From Camelus ferus (Eukaryota): a stretch of DNA of 64,000 nucleotides. This document shows, piece after piece, positions 1 to 14,350 of the stretch. The stretch spans positions 101,992,001 to 102,056,000 of the forward strand of contig NC_045696.1 of NCBI RefSeq assembly GCF_009834535.1, read 5' to 3'. The position numbers and the translations under genes are program-made. Within the stretch, counting starts at the first letter, position 1, and each line of letters opens with the position of its first letter. The notes beneath the pieces are model-generated. The model was not told the origin of the DNA, made no database searches, and worked only from the letters and a program-made list of their open reading frames with translations.

Positions 1-345
1 CTGGTAGCTGATTCTGTTAGCTGGTTGGTCTGGGGCTCAGCTCTGCTTCATGTAACCTCTTATCTCCCAGTAGGCTAGCCCTGGCTTTTTTCCACGGTGG
101 TCTCCGAGCAGCATTCCAAGATGTTGGGAACAGAAGTGAAAGCCCCTTAAATCTCAGACCGAGAAGTCCTGTAGTATCACTTTCACTGCATTATATTGGT
201 CAGATTATCACAAGAGCAGCCAAGATTCAAGGCACGGGGAAATAGGCTCCAGCTCTTGATGCGAGATGTGATAATTCACATTATAAAGGGGTATGCATAC
301 AGGGATGGGAAGAATTATCATGGTCATCTTTGCAAATAACCTGCC
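1..345 (-). mobile_element. MaLR (MLT1-type) LTR fragment
   Basis: CACTTTCACTGCATTATATTGGTCA...CCAAGATTCAAGG...GCTCCAGCTCTTGATG resembles reverse-strand MLT1. Confidence 0.65.
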
Positions 346-1129
346 ATGAGAAGAAACTATAAAATATCTTCAGAGCTATCAAGTAAGAACGTGCATTAAA
401 AATGGGACTCAGAACTTGGTATGAAACTTACGGCTACTAAAGGAAAGCATGATGGAGAATCAAGTCGGCCTTAGAGGGGCTGACTCACTGGCCTCCACTG
501 TTAGACTTCCTCATATTCTGAAACTAGAAATAATGATGACTTAAGAGACTTCTAAGAAGTATCTTGTTCTATGTTTGGATATAAAATTTCTAGGGAAAAA
601 AATGCATAAAGTTCAAAGGAAATAAAGTAGAAAGCATAGCTCACTAAGATTTTATGCTACCAAAGCAAAAGGCAGTCATGGAAAAATTGACCCCTGCTCA
701 GCTAGAGTGGGTAATTATGGAAAAGTTTTATTTAATTTGAGAATTTCACTTGCACTTTTCCCCAGCAGTGATCCAGAGAACACGGAGGTGAAGGTGTGGC
801 CATGTTAGCTGTAAAGGCAACATCTCTGCTGAGGGGGCTTCTTTCGTAGCTTGTCAAGGGCTGTCAGATCAAGCCTGGCTTGCATCCGCATTTGTCTGGC
901 TGGTGGTAGTGCTTTGGGAAAGGGTGGAGCTTTGAAGATGACTAAAGCTTGATGTTGGCAGCTTATTCACTTTGCTTGAACAGTTTAAGAAGAAATAAAA
1001 TTAAGGAGTTATGCCACATGGCCTTTATTGCACCTTTTCAGGGCCTTGAAGATTAACTTAAAAATGGAAACTCATGAATCCTTCACCATACTATAAACTA
1101 CATTGTCAAAACTGCCAAATTTATCTGTG

Positions 1130-2000
1130 TGCTCCTCCCATTCTCCTTTTCCTCATTCCCCAGAGGTAAAATCTCATGAGGAATTTTTATTTATAGTTTT
1201 TCCATGTGCTTTTGAATTTTATAAAATCAGTGTCGTGCTTTGCATCATCAAGCCATTTTCTTTTCTCCCCTGTTCATAATTTTTCTAATTCATCCATGTC
1301 ATGGTTTTCAGCTATATTTCAATTTCATTGATAATATGCAAATATGTGAATATTTCACACTTTACTTATTCTCTTACTGATGGAGTTGCTTCCATCTATG
1401 AATATTTTTGTACAAGTCACCTGGGGCCCATGTAGAAGATTCTTTAAGCAATGACTGTTGAGTGGAATGCACAATACCAAACTGTCTTCCAAAGTAATAT
1501 CCCTACCAGCTGGTGTACATGTTTCCATTGCACTACATCCTCACCAGTGCTTTGTATCGTCAGACTTCTTCCTGATCAATTTGTCTAGCCCTGTAACAGT
1601 ACCACACTACTTTAATTACCATTGCCTTTTGGTAATTAATTAACTCTTGATATTTAATAGGACAAATCTTACCTCTCCACTGTACCTGCCCTACAATATT
1701 CTTCTTGAGTGTCATAGTTATTTGGATCTTTTTCTTTCATTGTAAAATTTTTAGAATCATCTTATCAAATTCTTTGACTCACTGCATTGGTATTTTGATT
1801 AGAATTGCATCAAATCTATAGATCAGTTTAGGGAAAACTGACATATTTATGATATTGTCTTTCTAGTCTTGAAATCTGATATCCCTTTTACTCATGTTTA
1901 CTTTAAGTATTCCAACAAAGATTGAAAGTTTTCACTGTAAGAGTCTTGCACAAATTTTATGCAATTTATTCCTAAGAATACTATATTATAAATATTTCAT
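1130..2000 (-). mobile_element. Ancient L1M (ME-like) fragments
   Basis: Degenerate L1 3'/ORF2 text such as ATTGCATCAAATCTATAGATCAGTTTAGGGAAAACTGACATATTTATGATATTG. Confidence 0.65.
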
Positions 2001-2039
2001 TTATGAAGATTTTATTTTCTTAGTGTTGCAATTTAGCAG

Positions 2040-2800
2040 TGTTGATGAATAAGAAAATGGCTCACTCCTGGCTGGCCTGGAGCTTACAGACTACAAGGAA
2101 GGTAAACATTCATGAGGGAGTCACACAAACACTTGGGAAAGTACAACTGCAGTGAGTGTGAGTGAGGAGAAGTGAATGGTACAAAAAGATCAGCAACTTG
2201 GAGGGTCTCCTTGAGGGCTGGGCCTGGTGTGACAAGAACTGTGATGGGGTAGATTGAGGAGGCTGAGGGAGCACACTAAGAGGGCCAGAGAGGCTCCTAA
2301 AGAGGTATCTTCTAACCTGAGATCTTACATTTATTTCAAGGGAGGGAGCCAGGCAAAGATCTGGGAGAGGACATTCCAGGCAGAGAGGGAAGCACATGGG
2401 AGGCCAATAGCAAGGTAGAACTTCAGTTCTGGCTTTCATCCAAGGAGGCCAGAGTGTGGGCAGGTAACAGTAGGAGATACACACGGTGAGGAGGGAGTTT
2501 ATCCCAAAGACTTGAGACCTTGTTCTAGAGTTCGGATGTAACTCTGTAGGCTGCAGACTGCTAAGCAGGGGATATGTACTTTTAAAAATTCACTCCAATT
2601 GGAATATGAAAATGGAAGAGAGAAGGTCAAAATGGGAAGTAAGAGAGGAGTTAGGAGATAGGTGATTGTACTTTAAACCGGGAGACTACTTGGCTGGATT
2701 TGAGAGCGGACTGGGAGGTGGAACTGACAGGACGTGACTGTTGATTAGATTTAGAGAAATAAAGTCCATCATGGGTGACTCTCAAGTTTCTGGCTACAAC
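2040..2800 (-). mobile_element. L2 fragment
   Basis: Purine-rich reverse L2 motifs (GGAGCTTACAG..., AGGAGGCCAGAGTG..., GGTGACTCTCAAGTTTCTGG). Confidence 0.55.
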
Positions 2801-3039
2801 CATAAGCCAATTCACTCTGAATTTGACTGTCAGATCTAGCACAATTTGGACCTCATGTGCTATCCCCTTCCATCCGTGTCTTATGTTCCCTAGTAGACGT
2901 AACCTCGTAGTTATCATGCCTTTACTTTCAGTAAAAGTCAATAACTATATTGCCAAATGAATGAATGAGTTAATGAAAACATTTGAGAATTGCATATCCT
3001 TTTGTTGACAAAGAGGTGGTAGAAATAACAAGTTACCAC

Positions 3040-3370
3040 CAAAGCTAGTTTTTGGGGCATTTTCTATGTTCCTGGCCTTGAACTGATCATTCTGTATTTA
3101 TTATCTTATTTAATCTTTCAATAAACAGTAGAGATTGATAATATCTATTGTTCCCTTTATGTAAGTGAGAAGTATGAGGCTCACATCGCTTAAGTAATTT
3201 TTCTAAGCTGTGACTGACTCCAGAGCTTATATGCTAAACTCATCCTTGCAACTTAAATTGCATCTTTGGACCTGTAGCAGCTCCTGGAGCTTGTTAGAAA
3301 TTCCAGAGTCTTGAGCCACCCTACACCTCCTGAATCCTAATCTGCCTTTTAACAAAAACCCTAGGTAAAT
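3040..3370. mobile_element. MIR fragment followed by a MER5A-like hAT fragment
   Basis: GAGGCTC...TTAAGTAATTT MIR core; CTGGAGCTTGTTAGAAATTCCAGAGTCTT...CTGAATC...TTTTAACAA MER5A-like. Confidence 0.6.
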
Positions 3371-4504
3371 TTGCTATGCTGCACTTACAAACTGGTAGTA
3401 AGATTTAATACCTTACTTAGGATTTAGTAAGAACAAACTATAGAAAATAAGATAATTTTAAACTTGCATTTAATCCATATTACCCAGGCATCATTGAAAC
3501 TAAACCAAATCAATTAATTTTATAATTTATATCCACAAGATTTATATAGCTATCTCTGTCTGTGCACATGTCCTCATCAAATATTGTATGTATGTTATGT
3601 AGAGGATAGTTGGTAGATTACTATTAGGCACACAGAGCCAACTAAGTGAGAAATGCCCAATGTTCTGGTCTAAAGGTTTTAGCAGTATCAATGTGGGAGG
3701 TGCTCATCCTGATTTAGCAATTATACTCTGATGTCATTAAAATGAAATGGCCCCAATAAAAGGAATAGAAGTCAATCTTAACCACAGCTCTGAGATGCTT
3801 TATTGCTCTATTTCACCCTCACTTATGAATTCCTGCTGCATGAGAGGTAGCTATAAAAGTTTCCAATAGGCAAGCTACATTATCAACAGAATCATGAATA
3901 TGAATGATGACATCATTGTTTTAGCTTCAATGAGCAAGTTTAATCTTGAAGGTCATTGCTACTGGATTATAGGTACCTAGGATCTCTTTTTATACACTGT
4001 GACTATTTGCCCTGTGGTTGCATCTCCTTTTTCCAAAATGTAAGTGTGATTTCAACACTTATATGAATTAACCTGATTTTAACTGGATTTTTCTTGGAAT
4101 CTCTGTTCTAGTGCTTGGTGAAGTGGATTACTCAATCTTTTCCTTAACTTCTCAAGTGTGTCATAGCACTTGGTCCCTGTCTTCAAATATGGACTACAAC
4201 TATAAGAACTATTGACTGTAATGATGACAATTGCTTGCATTTATTGAGCATTTACTATGTGCCAGCCACTAACATGCACTTTACATGCATTAAGCTCATT
4301 CATTACCCCAATCCCCCACTTAAAGATTTTTTCTCATCATAAGAATATATATTTATGTCTATATTCTTTATTAAACAAGTTTTAATTTTTTCTTAGAATG
4401 TCAAAAAGTTAACAAAATACTTTCATAAATATTCTTATTTATAAAATAGACTTTTGTTGACATTTTGTCAATTTACAGTAGAAGTTTAAGATTCATGAGA
4501 AAGA

Positions 4505-4712
4505 ATGTCTACAAAGACAAAGAGTGAACCTTAATGTAAACTATGGACTTTAATTAATAATAATGTATCAATATTGACTTGTAATAGAGGCAACTGAAGG
4601 GGAGTGAGGGGTCTATGGGCACATATTTTGAGATTTTGAGTACTTTCTACTCAATGTTTCTGTAAACCTGAAATGTCTCAAAAAATTAAATAAAGCCTAT
4701 TAAATAAAAAAA
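4505..4712 (+). mobile_element. L1MC-type 3' end fragment
   Basis: GAGTGAACCTTAATGTAAACTATGGACTT...TTTCTGTAAACCTGAAA followed by an A-rich tail. Confidence 0.7.
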
Positions 4713-7700
4713 GAATGTCCACATTACAAATCTTTTACACAACCTCTTTCTTTGGTAACACATAGAATATACCAGATATTTCCTGTGGTTCCAAAGGTTC
4801 AAGACTGAATAAAAATTGGAGGTCCTAAACCTTGGACTCCAACTCTTTTGAGCTCATGGACTCCTAAAGTCCACTCAGTCTGTTTCAGGGGTAGTGCCTT
4901 GGTTGACCAGTTTGACAGTGGCCCTATCACACTTCATCTCTATCATTGTATTAGGGGTCCTAAGGAAAGCAGTAGAAACTAAATTCTGTATGACTACTGG
5001 GAAACTTTCCCTCTTGTTCACCTCCGTTATACAGTGGCCACCTTCTCAATCCCTTAGAATAAATATTATGAGGATGATGGTTTCTTAATTGCCTAAGTTA
5101 AATCACATTTCCTCTATTTTACAGAATGGATATTAGCACTCATGAGTTCCTTGCTTCTCCTTTGTAAGTGTCCAAGCTACACTATTGACAAGGTCATGAT
5201 TGAATAAAAGCTTTTCATGAGAGTGATCATAATATATCATAAATCTCTAATTGACTGTGATTGAGTAATCACATTTCTCAGGATAATTTTCTCCATGGCT
5301 GTGATCATAATGTCTTCATTATGCTTTTTGGTTGCATGTAATGTGCCAATGTTTTCTTCCCTCCAAATACTAGGCATAATTTAATCATCTGTTACTAATT
5401 GACTCTTTCTGTCTGAGTAATACATGTCACTTTTGTTTCAAAATTTACTTATGTGTTTAGTTTTTCCTGTTGATTGTGTATAGCTTGGTTTTTGTTATTG
5501 GACTCTCCTCTATCCAGGTAAACCTATGACTCCTAACATATGTAGATAAATTGCTTACATGATTGTGAAGGCATTCCTTTTAATTTGCAGCATATGTATC
5601 TATTCTAGGTTACAAATTTAAGGCTTCTATAGGAATCAATAACCTGATTATTTAACAAGTTATCCACTGTGCTTCAGAGAGAGAAATACAATTATAGTCT
5701 TATCCCAGCAGAGAGAAATTAAGAGTCTAGGAAAAGGTAAACATTATCCTTTAAGAGTAGAAAGTAAATTGAGACTCATTTGGAAAAATATAAGTGGTTA
5801 TTGTGGATGGCACAGGATTTAGGAAAGAACTTCACTTTAAAATGTCCTATTTACATAGGAATAATATTCTAATGTTAGAAATAAAGGTAAAACATACAAT
5901 TTTCATAGTTCCTTACCCTCTTCTCAAAGTGTATTCATTTGTATCTTACAATAACCATACCAGACAGACAGGGACAGAAATGATCCTACTTCAGGGATAA
6001 GAAACCTGAATATTAGAGAAGTTAAATTACTTTCTCAAATCCTTTCTTCATTAGTATTTGTCAAAACTGGGGATGATATCTATTTTTTCTAATTCTTAGA
6101 TCTCTTCAAATGCTTTTCATCCTTGGTTAAGGGCCTACCCATCTCTTGAAATCTACTTTCTTGTTGATCACTCAATACAACAATTAAGACTTATAATAGA
6201 CATGATAAATAATAACAGTATATTACACGCACTATTTATATACATGTACATAACTACACATACACACATACACATACATATACACCACTTTCAATTTTTA
6301 ATTAATTTTTTAAAAATCTGTTATTTTAACTGCCCATCAAGCCAGCTGGTATGTAAGATTTTCCCCCCAAAACATCCCTGAGCCAGATCAAGAAGTGAAT
6401 ATAAATCCAGTGAAATTTTTTAGGACACTGGAGGTGTAATTTCAAGTTATTGCAAGAGTCCTACATTAGAAAAAGTGCTGTGTTCATGGAAGTTTGGAGA
6501 ACTGTATTTAGGTAATCTCTAGAGGAAATTACATACACAGAGCATGCAAGTCAACCAGCATTAACTCACTCAATTGCAGCCCAAGTTACACTTTTCAGGA
6601 GCTGTGTCTCTAATCTTTTCTTAGACTCAACTGATCTATTACTTCCACTGATGTGCAGTTTAGCTTGGCTACTTCTAATGAATAACTTTTTGTTAGGAAA
6701 TTGATTTTCCTGTTGGAAAAAAGTACAGAAATCTCCCCAAAGATTTTTCTCTTTTTCTTTCTAAATTTAACTAACTTTCCATATATCAGATTAGGAAAAT
6801 ACAGATTTCTTGAAAGATATGTTCTTACATAGTTGCCAGATGATTTCTAAACCCCCTTTTTCTCTTCCTCCCTGCCTCACAGATGGATAAGTTTACAAGG
6901 GACATAATTGGACATTGATATACAGTTCCAAAAACCATTTTCCGATTCCATTCCTCCCATATTGATAAATTTCAGCATAATTTAGTAGCAGTTATGGGGT
7001 TTTTGGTTTAAAGTTTTACAAGATGAAAGGGACTTTACTTAAACCTCGAGTCAGTCATAGCTATTTAGATTCTTTGAAACATATTTTGAGTAGTTTTTTT
7101 TTTTTTTTTGAATAGTGTTGGTACTCTTCAGACAATGTAGTTATGAGAACATATCAAGTTTTTTACAAACCTTGCTATAAGAGGAAAGGCCATGAGCACA
7201 GTGCTACTGAAAGTGTTGTCTGTAGACCCATGCTGATCTGGGAGCTGGGTGCTACTGGATTGGAAGGGATAACTACAAAAAGCCATAAACTTTCCATCTT
7301 AAGTAAGTTTCCTTGAGGCAACTGAGCTTCAAGTCACTCTGGCTATCCAGTTTTTAATGAAAATGGATGTTTTCTAGGAAGGGCCCAGTACAACTGAGCT
7401 TCAGGAATGATCTCTGTGGTGGGCATGCCAACACCAGCCTAGTATTTTTGAAAAAGAGAGAATAGAGCCCAGGAAGAGGCGACAAAAATATCCTTTAGTG
7501 GCCTCCTTGGTACCCCAAAGAACTAAACTGGTGTATCTTTCACTGAATAGATACTCAGTTCCTGAATGTTGCAAGTTGCTCCTGCAAAAGAAAGCTTTTA
7601 TATCGAGAATATATCTTAGCACTCCCTTTAAGTGAGCTTACAAAATTCTTATGATGAGGTGTTCAAAATTTGCAATCTTTCTAAAATAACAACTGTACAT

Positions 7701-8255
7701 AGGGGTAGATTTTCCTCAGTTGAAGCAACATTCCTACTGTGGTGTGGAATTCATGCATGTTGAAGAGGAAATAAAATATTGCTTTAGAACATAACTTATA
7801 ATTGAAAAGAATTCTGATCCAAAAATCTAGCCTCCCTTTGTAGATTCTCTCAGATTTTAAAATTTTAACATCTAATAATATTTATGAGATTTTTTATTTT
7901 ATTAATTTAAATTTTTATCTTTTTTCTCATTATACAATTTTTAAAAATTGATAAATCTGTAGGAGAAGTCATAGTTATGAGAAATAACTTTTATTTTAAA
8001 TGGAATTTTCCTGCTCTATCCATTTTGAAAAGGAGGGAGAAAATTACATTCCTTAGAATTGAAGAGTTGACTTTATATTGCTTTAGAGTTTGTTTTCATC
8101 ACCCACGTTGCTGTTCAGTTTTTCAGATGTTCAGATGTTTACTTACTAGTTCTTAACTTCACTGGATAAGTCCATTCAATCACTATGAAGAACATCTCAG
8201 TACTAGGGAGAAATTCCCCTGACAAAGTTTAGTTTGATAATTGGATTGGCATGAG

Positions 8256-8288
8256 GATAGATAGATAGGTAAATAGATAGATAGATGA
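8256..8288 (+). repeat. (GATA)n microsatellite, imperfect
   Basis: GATAGATAGATAGGTAAATAGATAGATAGATGA. Confidence 0.85.
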
Positions 8289-8990
8289 TCTAATAATAAT
8301 CTTTATACATATTCCTTCTGAAGAAAGGGAATAACACATAGCTTACTATTGTATGTGTTAAATCCTATTAAACCGCCAGTATTTTAGATAAACACATGTT
8401 TTGAGAAAACAGAAAAGAGTAGTAAATTAGTTTTTTTTAAATTGTGATGTTTTGGATTTAAAGAACATACATTTAAATTTTGAAGATGATAGATTTTATT
8501 TAGAACATGATAAGGATGTGTATATTTTTTCAGTGTTCCAAGGATTTGCATATAAACTAGATTTGGAGCACAGAACAAATAAAGCTATGCCCTTGCTTTT
8601 TAACCACTAACGCCCAAGCAGAGTTGAAGCCGGATTTTAGCAGTGCTTAAAGGCACCACGATGTGTTATTGTAAGTTTACATTTCAAGGTCATTTCAAAG
8701 TTACAATCTTTTGCCTATTGGAAAGAAAAGCTGTAACTTTAAAAAGATCTGTTTCAATAAGCAGATGTGAAAAGCCATTTTGGTAAAATTATTTGCGGAT
8801 TTCAGACTCAGGCAAACCCTAAACACGTAAAGAATGGAGTGTGGATTATATTAAAATGGATGTTAAACAGGAGGGGGCAACTATCACCACCTAGGAAGCT
8901 GAAACTCCATTCCAAAATCAACAGAATGAAATAATTATACACAGTAAACGATACACCAGCTGTAGCTCGGCAACCATTGGCTTTTATATT

Positions 8991-9005
8991 GTGCCCTCTG
9001 GTGGG
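8991..9005 (-). promoter_or_regulatory. CTCF core motif
   Basis: Reverse complement CCCACCAGAGGGCAC matches the CTCF consensus CCASYAGRKGGCRS and lies in unique sequence. Confidence 0.55.
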
Positions 9006-9919
9006 AAAATTTATAAACCACAATTTTAACAGTTTTGAACTGACTCAACAAGGTTTGTTATTTCTGGGCTTTATGTATAATCAAATTTTAGCCTAAGGGA
9101 AAATACATGATGACTTTTTGAGGCAGAGTTGCCTTAGGTATCAACTAATCCAACCTCCCAGTTTTACCTGGAGATGATAAATAATTTAGTCTGGCTTAAG
9201 AGAAGTGAACTATTTATTATTCAGTTCTCCTGTCCCGGGGAACGTATTAATTATTGAATACCTCTTAAGTGCCAGACACTATATAAGCATCATTTCATTT
9301 AACCTCATTAACTCTGAATTTAGTCCAATAATTTCCCTGTTACCTTAAGGTCTTCCGAGTGCTAAAACCACATCTCCAGTTTATTCATTCTTGCAAATAC
9401 AAGCTTTAAATGTTATTTCCTTCCTGTCCCCTTTTGGAGAAAGACCAAGGAGTGACAAGATCAGCAGGGAAGGGGTAGGTCCCAGCAGATGCTGGTCTCT
9501 CTGGCTAGTGAGACCAGAGGCCTGAGGCCTGGGGTCCTTCACACAAGTTAGCAGTGGGATTGGGAAATCCAACTCCAGGTCACCTGTCCTGGGCCAGGTG
9601 GGGCAAAAGTCCATGACAGAGAACTGCCATGAGGTTTGTGAAGCTGCAAAAGCTGAGGAGAAAATGAACCAGAGGCAGGTGAGAAGAGGCTGGCAGGGTC
9701 CTGGGGTGGGGAGAACAGAGTGGGGCTTTTTCACACAGCATTGGGATGGGCTTGCCCACATATGCCAGGTCAATTTGAAAGGTCCAGAGTGGGCAAATAT
9801 GTATAGAATATGAACATTTTTAGAATTAAAAAATATTGCAACAATATGTAGTTCAACTTTTGGTTTTTAAAAAATTGTCTTTTTTTTTCTTCTTTATAAT
9901 ATGATACATGATGCACATA

Positions 9920-10185
9920 ATAATAATAATATAATAGCTAACTTTATAGGCCACCTTTTATGTAGGTATTTTGTTTTAAGCCTTTCCTATATCTCAACCC
10001 ATGCAGTCCTCACACACACCCCATGGAGAGGATGGCGCTGTTGTCCTCAATTTGCCAATGAGGAGACCTCAGCTCAGTGGGAGCAGGTACCATGACAGAT
10101 GTCACATAGACATTTAGTGTGAAGAGCTGAGGTTGGAACCTAAGCCAGCTGGCTTTAACCTGTGCTCCTAACCAATATGCCATGC
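9920..10185 (-). mobile_element. MIR SINE
   Basis: AATAATAGCTAAC...ATGAGGAGACCTCAGCTCAG...GAGCTGAGGTTGGAACC...TGCTCCTAACCA. Confidence 0.7.
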
Positions 10186-10724
10186 CTACAGGAAGTTATG
10201 AAGCATAATAATAAATCAAACACCTTTAAACCCTCGGCTCAACTTTAAAGAGGGCAGGCATCGCTAGTGCCAGTGAAAGCCCCAACTAGTGAAAGAGCCT
10301 TTCCCAGAAGGGCTAAGTGACTGGCCGACAGCTGGTTAATACGCCTTGCTGAGTTTAAAACCCAGGTGATGAATGTACGTGATTGCTACACAGTAGTGAA
10401 CGTAGAAGTTTACTAGTTGATTTTTTATTTATTGAGGCCAATATAACAGAATTTTTTCTTTATATGACTTTTTTATCTTATATCTAAGGGTCACTCCACC
10501 CACCCTTTATTTGATTTTAAACAAACCTGAATCTTTTATTGTTTTTACATTTGGAAGACTTTCAGGCTCTGATAGTTACTCATTAATAGATGAACCAATT
10601 GATTCACCAAACGTATGTAAAATGCCTACTGGGTGGCAATCACCACGCTAGGGACATGTGGCGACAGTCAGAGGTGCACTGAAGTGGCTTGTACTGACTC
10701 AGAGCTGACAGTCAGTGTTTCAGG

Positions 10725-11068
10725 ACTTTCATAAGCCTGCTGTCAAACACAACCATTATTAAAAATTAAATTATATGAAGGTACAAGTATATAAATTATA
10801 TTATAACAAAGTTAATAAATACTAAGAACTTATCACTTCCTAATTTTTTGCTCTTGATATTATTTACAATTGCATCTGTATGGTGGAAATACAGTGTAAG
10901 AATGTGCTAGCAATTGTGCATTTCTTCCCAACTCTACTTCAGAGACTTCACACTGGTAGCTTGAAACTGGCCATTGTGTATTTGTACTATGGAAATCGGC
11001 AAATGCTATATATAAATCAGGGCTTTTCTCCCCAAAGAGCTAGTTTTTAAACTTTTGGTAGCACATAT
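10725..11068. mobile_element. hAT DNA transposon fragment (MER63-like)
   Basis: GGTAGCTTGAAACTGGCCA...GGAAATCGGCAAATGCTA...TCAGGGCTTTT...TAAACTTTTGGTAGCACA resembles the recalled MER63 consensus. Confidence 0.6.
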
Positions 11069-12944
11069 ACAATAGTTACAGTGAAAATCAATACACAATC
11101 TCTAGCAAAAAAAATGCTTGATTTAATGTAATTAGTGATTTGATCAATACATACACTTAAAATTAAAAAAAGAAGTTGAACAGAACAAACATCAAAACCC
11201 ACCATGGTCTCCGACAATGATAATTTTCAAGTATTATCCTGTAACAATTATCCTTCAACATAGTTAAGATCAACTCCATTTCCATTTTTCTCTGAAATTT
11301 ACAGATGGAAATACAGAACTGATTCCACACTTCTGAAATTGGAATCAGTTGGGCTGGACCTCTTGGGGGCAGTGGTATCCCTGTAAATGTTTCCAGTCAG
11401 AGCTCTGATCTGACAGTTTTCCACAAACTTGACTTTGGAATAACCATCAGCTTGCTAACCGGCACTTCACAATAGTGGTCATAACTCTTCTTTTGAGGTG
11501 AAAAGTCCTTTTGAAAGTATTTAACTAATAGAGTTTAAATGCTATAGTTCCTTCCAGAACCTGCTTTCACTTCAGGTAACAACTAGGCAGAGAATACTTG
11601 GAAAAACCACAGAGTCCCTGGGCTTATAGGTTAAACTTACACATGACTCAACCTCGAATTTGAGTCCCTTCTAACTAGAACCTTCCTTCTCAAATATCAG
11701 TGTTTGATTATACTGACTGGCTGTCCTTTAATCCACAAGCTTGAGTGTACCAGAAATAAATTTTTCTTTACTCTTTTTCTATAACTAAAATTATTTTCTG
11801 TTTTGAGGCTTTAATATTCTGTCTGGGTGGCCAAAACTAAATCTTTCTCCCTGAGATCATGTCCAGTGCTAGGAGACCTTGTAGCACCAGGGTATCCAGG
11901 GTGGGGGCCTCCTGGATGTTTTCTGGGCATGCTGGCATTCACGGAGACACCATAGCCTGGACTTCAGACATTGGTCTACACATTTCACTTGTATACCCTT
12001 ATTTGTCCTGGCAGCAAAGTCTCACCGGGGCTGCCAGCAGCCGTGTGTGTGCCACTCTGGGACCCATGAGAAACGTTCTGCTGCCCCCACCCCTCAACAT
12101 GCAGACACACACACCCTGGGGATCCTCTGAGGCTGCCTGGGACCCATCTGCCTGAACGTGAGGCTCAGCAGACCATCTGGCTGTTCTTGAGTACTTCCTC
12201 TTCCATTTCTGCTTCTCAGACTGGAGGGTAGTCTGGAAAGGAGGCTGCTGCTTCCTCTGTGTCATTTTAGGAATGGGATGTGGTCACTTCTCCACCCCCT
12301 GGTGAGTGAGAAGAGGAGCTGAAGTCCTCTACTGGCTGCCTCCAAGTGATGACAAGAGGAAGAAAAGAATCTGAGTGGTTTCTGCTACTTTCACAGCCAA
12401 AAATATGGCAAGGAATGGCAACAAGGGTAGAAAGTAAATCATAATGTCTTATTAACTGAGTCCACCCCCATGTCAATAAAATTTCTATTTATAATTAAGG
12501 AGTTTCCTGGGGTTTCAATTACAAGTTAGCCTGAAATGTTCGATGTTGAGGATAGATTCCCTTTCAGTCTCTTTATCCTCAAATGTGACATCTCAGCCTT
12601 TCCCCAAGGCACTGACTCTCTCCAAGTTCAGGGTATCTGTCTACATGTATGTGTGTATGACTAATAAGGATAGTATTAATTTGAAAAAGGCAGGCTTCAT
12701 TCAATATAGTCACTCTGTCACTTTCTTTCTTTGATACACACCAAGCACTACATGCAGTTGAGTCAGAATCCCATCTAGCATGTCATGAAAAGAAAATAAA
12801 TACCACAAAGAACAACTCCACCTTAACATGGTTGGTGTTCAGATTCTATGTGGAGAACTCCTTTCCCTGTTCTCTACAGATGCTCTCATCAGCCATTACA
12901 ATCCAGGTCTGTTATGAGATCCCCTTGCTTCTTTGCATCATTGT

Positions 12945-13351
12945 GTTGTGTGGACTGAGTACTTGTGCCCCACTCCCAAAATTAATATGTTGAAGCCCTA
13001 ACCCTTCAAAGTGATATTTGGAGATGGGGCCTTTAGGAGGTAATTAAATTTAGATGCGGTCATAAAGGTGCCATCCCATGAAGGGATTAGTGTCCTTATA
13101 AGAAGAGGAAGAGGAAGCAGAATGTGCGCCCCCGTGCTCTCTCTCTCTGTCTCACTCTCTCCGCCAGTGTGAAGACATAGCGAGAAAGCAACTATCTGCA
13201 AGTCAGGAACAGGGCTGTCATCATGACCAGAATCTGCTGACAACTTGATTTTGGACTTCCAGCCTCCAGAACTAAGAGAAATAAATGCCTATTGTTTAAG
13301 CCACCCAGTGTATGGTATTTTGTTATAGCAGCCCAAGCTGGAATATTATAC
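12945..13351 (+). mobile_element. MaLR solo LTR (MLT1A/B-like)
   Basis: TGTGGACTGA...TATGTTGAAGCCCTAACCC...TTGGACTTCCAGCCTCCAGAACT...AATAAA...GGTATTTTGTTATAGCAGCCC. Confidence 0.85.
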
Positions 13352-13399
13352 AATGTGTATTTGAAATCAAGGCTCCAATTAGAACATAACAGGGAGGCA

Positions 13400-14350
13400 T
13401 TTTCCCATCTACAAACATTTTGATCTGATCTTTGCCATTTTGATAGGTGAAAAATAACAACTTGTAATTTTCATTTAGACTTCTCTCGTGCATAAGGCTG
13501 AACATCTTTACATTTGTTTAAGAGCCATTTATAATTCCTTTCACTGAATGATCTTCATACTTTTGTCTATTTTGCCTTTTTCTTATTGAGTTGTAGGAAC
13601 CCTAAAACATCAATAAGAGTGGTCTATAGTGATATGAGTTGCAACTATTTTTCCCAGTTTGTCATTTGTTTATGATAGGAGTTTTTTTTTTTCCAAGAGT
13701 ATTTTTTTTTCATAGAATTGATGTTATCGATTCTTTATTTTGTGGCATTTAGGTCATTCTCACAAAGCTTTTCCCAGTCTAAATTTTATTTAAACTTTTT
13801 TTCCTTGTTGTCTTCAAGTGCTTTCATGTGTGTTTTGTGTTTGCATCAATTATATGGTCTATCTTCAGTTCCTGGTATAAAAGATAATGACGTAAGGCTC
13901 TAACTTTATTCCCCCCTCCAATCCCACACACAAGGTGGTTACCCATTTATTCCTGTAGTGTTTGTTGAACAATCTAAATTTTTGTCCACTTATCTTAAAT
14001 ACTATTTTTGTCATATACCAATATACACATTTATTTGGGTTTTCCCCTGAACAATATACCCTGTTATATTGATTATCTTTCTTTTTAAATGCCAGTACAC
14101 CACTATCTTAATTATCATGGCTGTAAAATATGTTTTAATATATGATAGGGCTAGTGTCTCTTCCTTTCATCCCCAGAATTTTTCTGACTATTCTTTTTTG
14201 TTTATTTTCAATATTAACTCATGAATCACCTATTTAATCTTGTACCAGAATCATATGTAACTAGTTTTTTTTAACAGGGATTTTATTAAATTTATAAATT
14301 AACTTTTGAAAAATTTGTATATTTATGTGGTTGAGTCCTCTTATTTAAGA
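13400..14350 (-). mobile_element. Ancient L1M ORF2/3' fragment
   Basis: T-rich degenerate L1 text (GTTGCAACTATTTTTCCCAGTTTG, TGCCAGTACACCACT). Confidence 0.6.

Noticed and set aside
10693..10708. 16-mer ACTGACTCAGAGCTGA repeated at 51039-51054
   Set aside because: One shared 16-mer in 64 kb is near chance expectation, and the flanks are unrelated.
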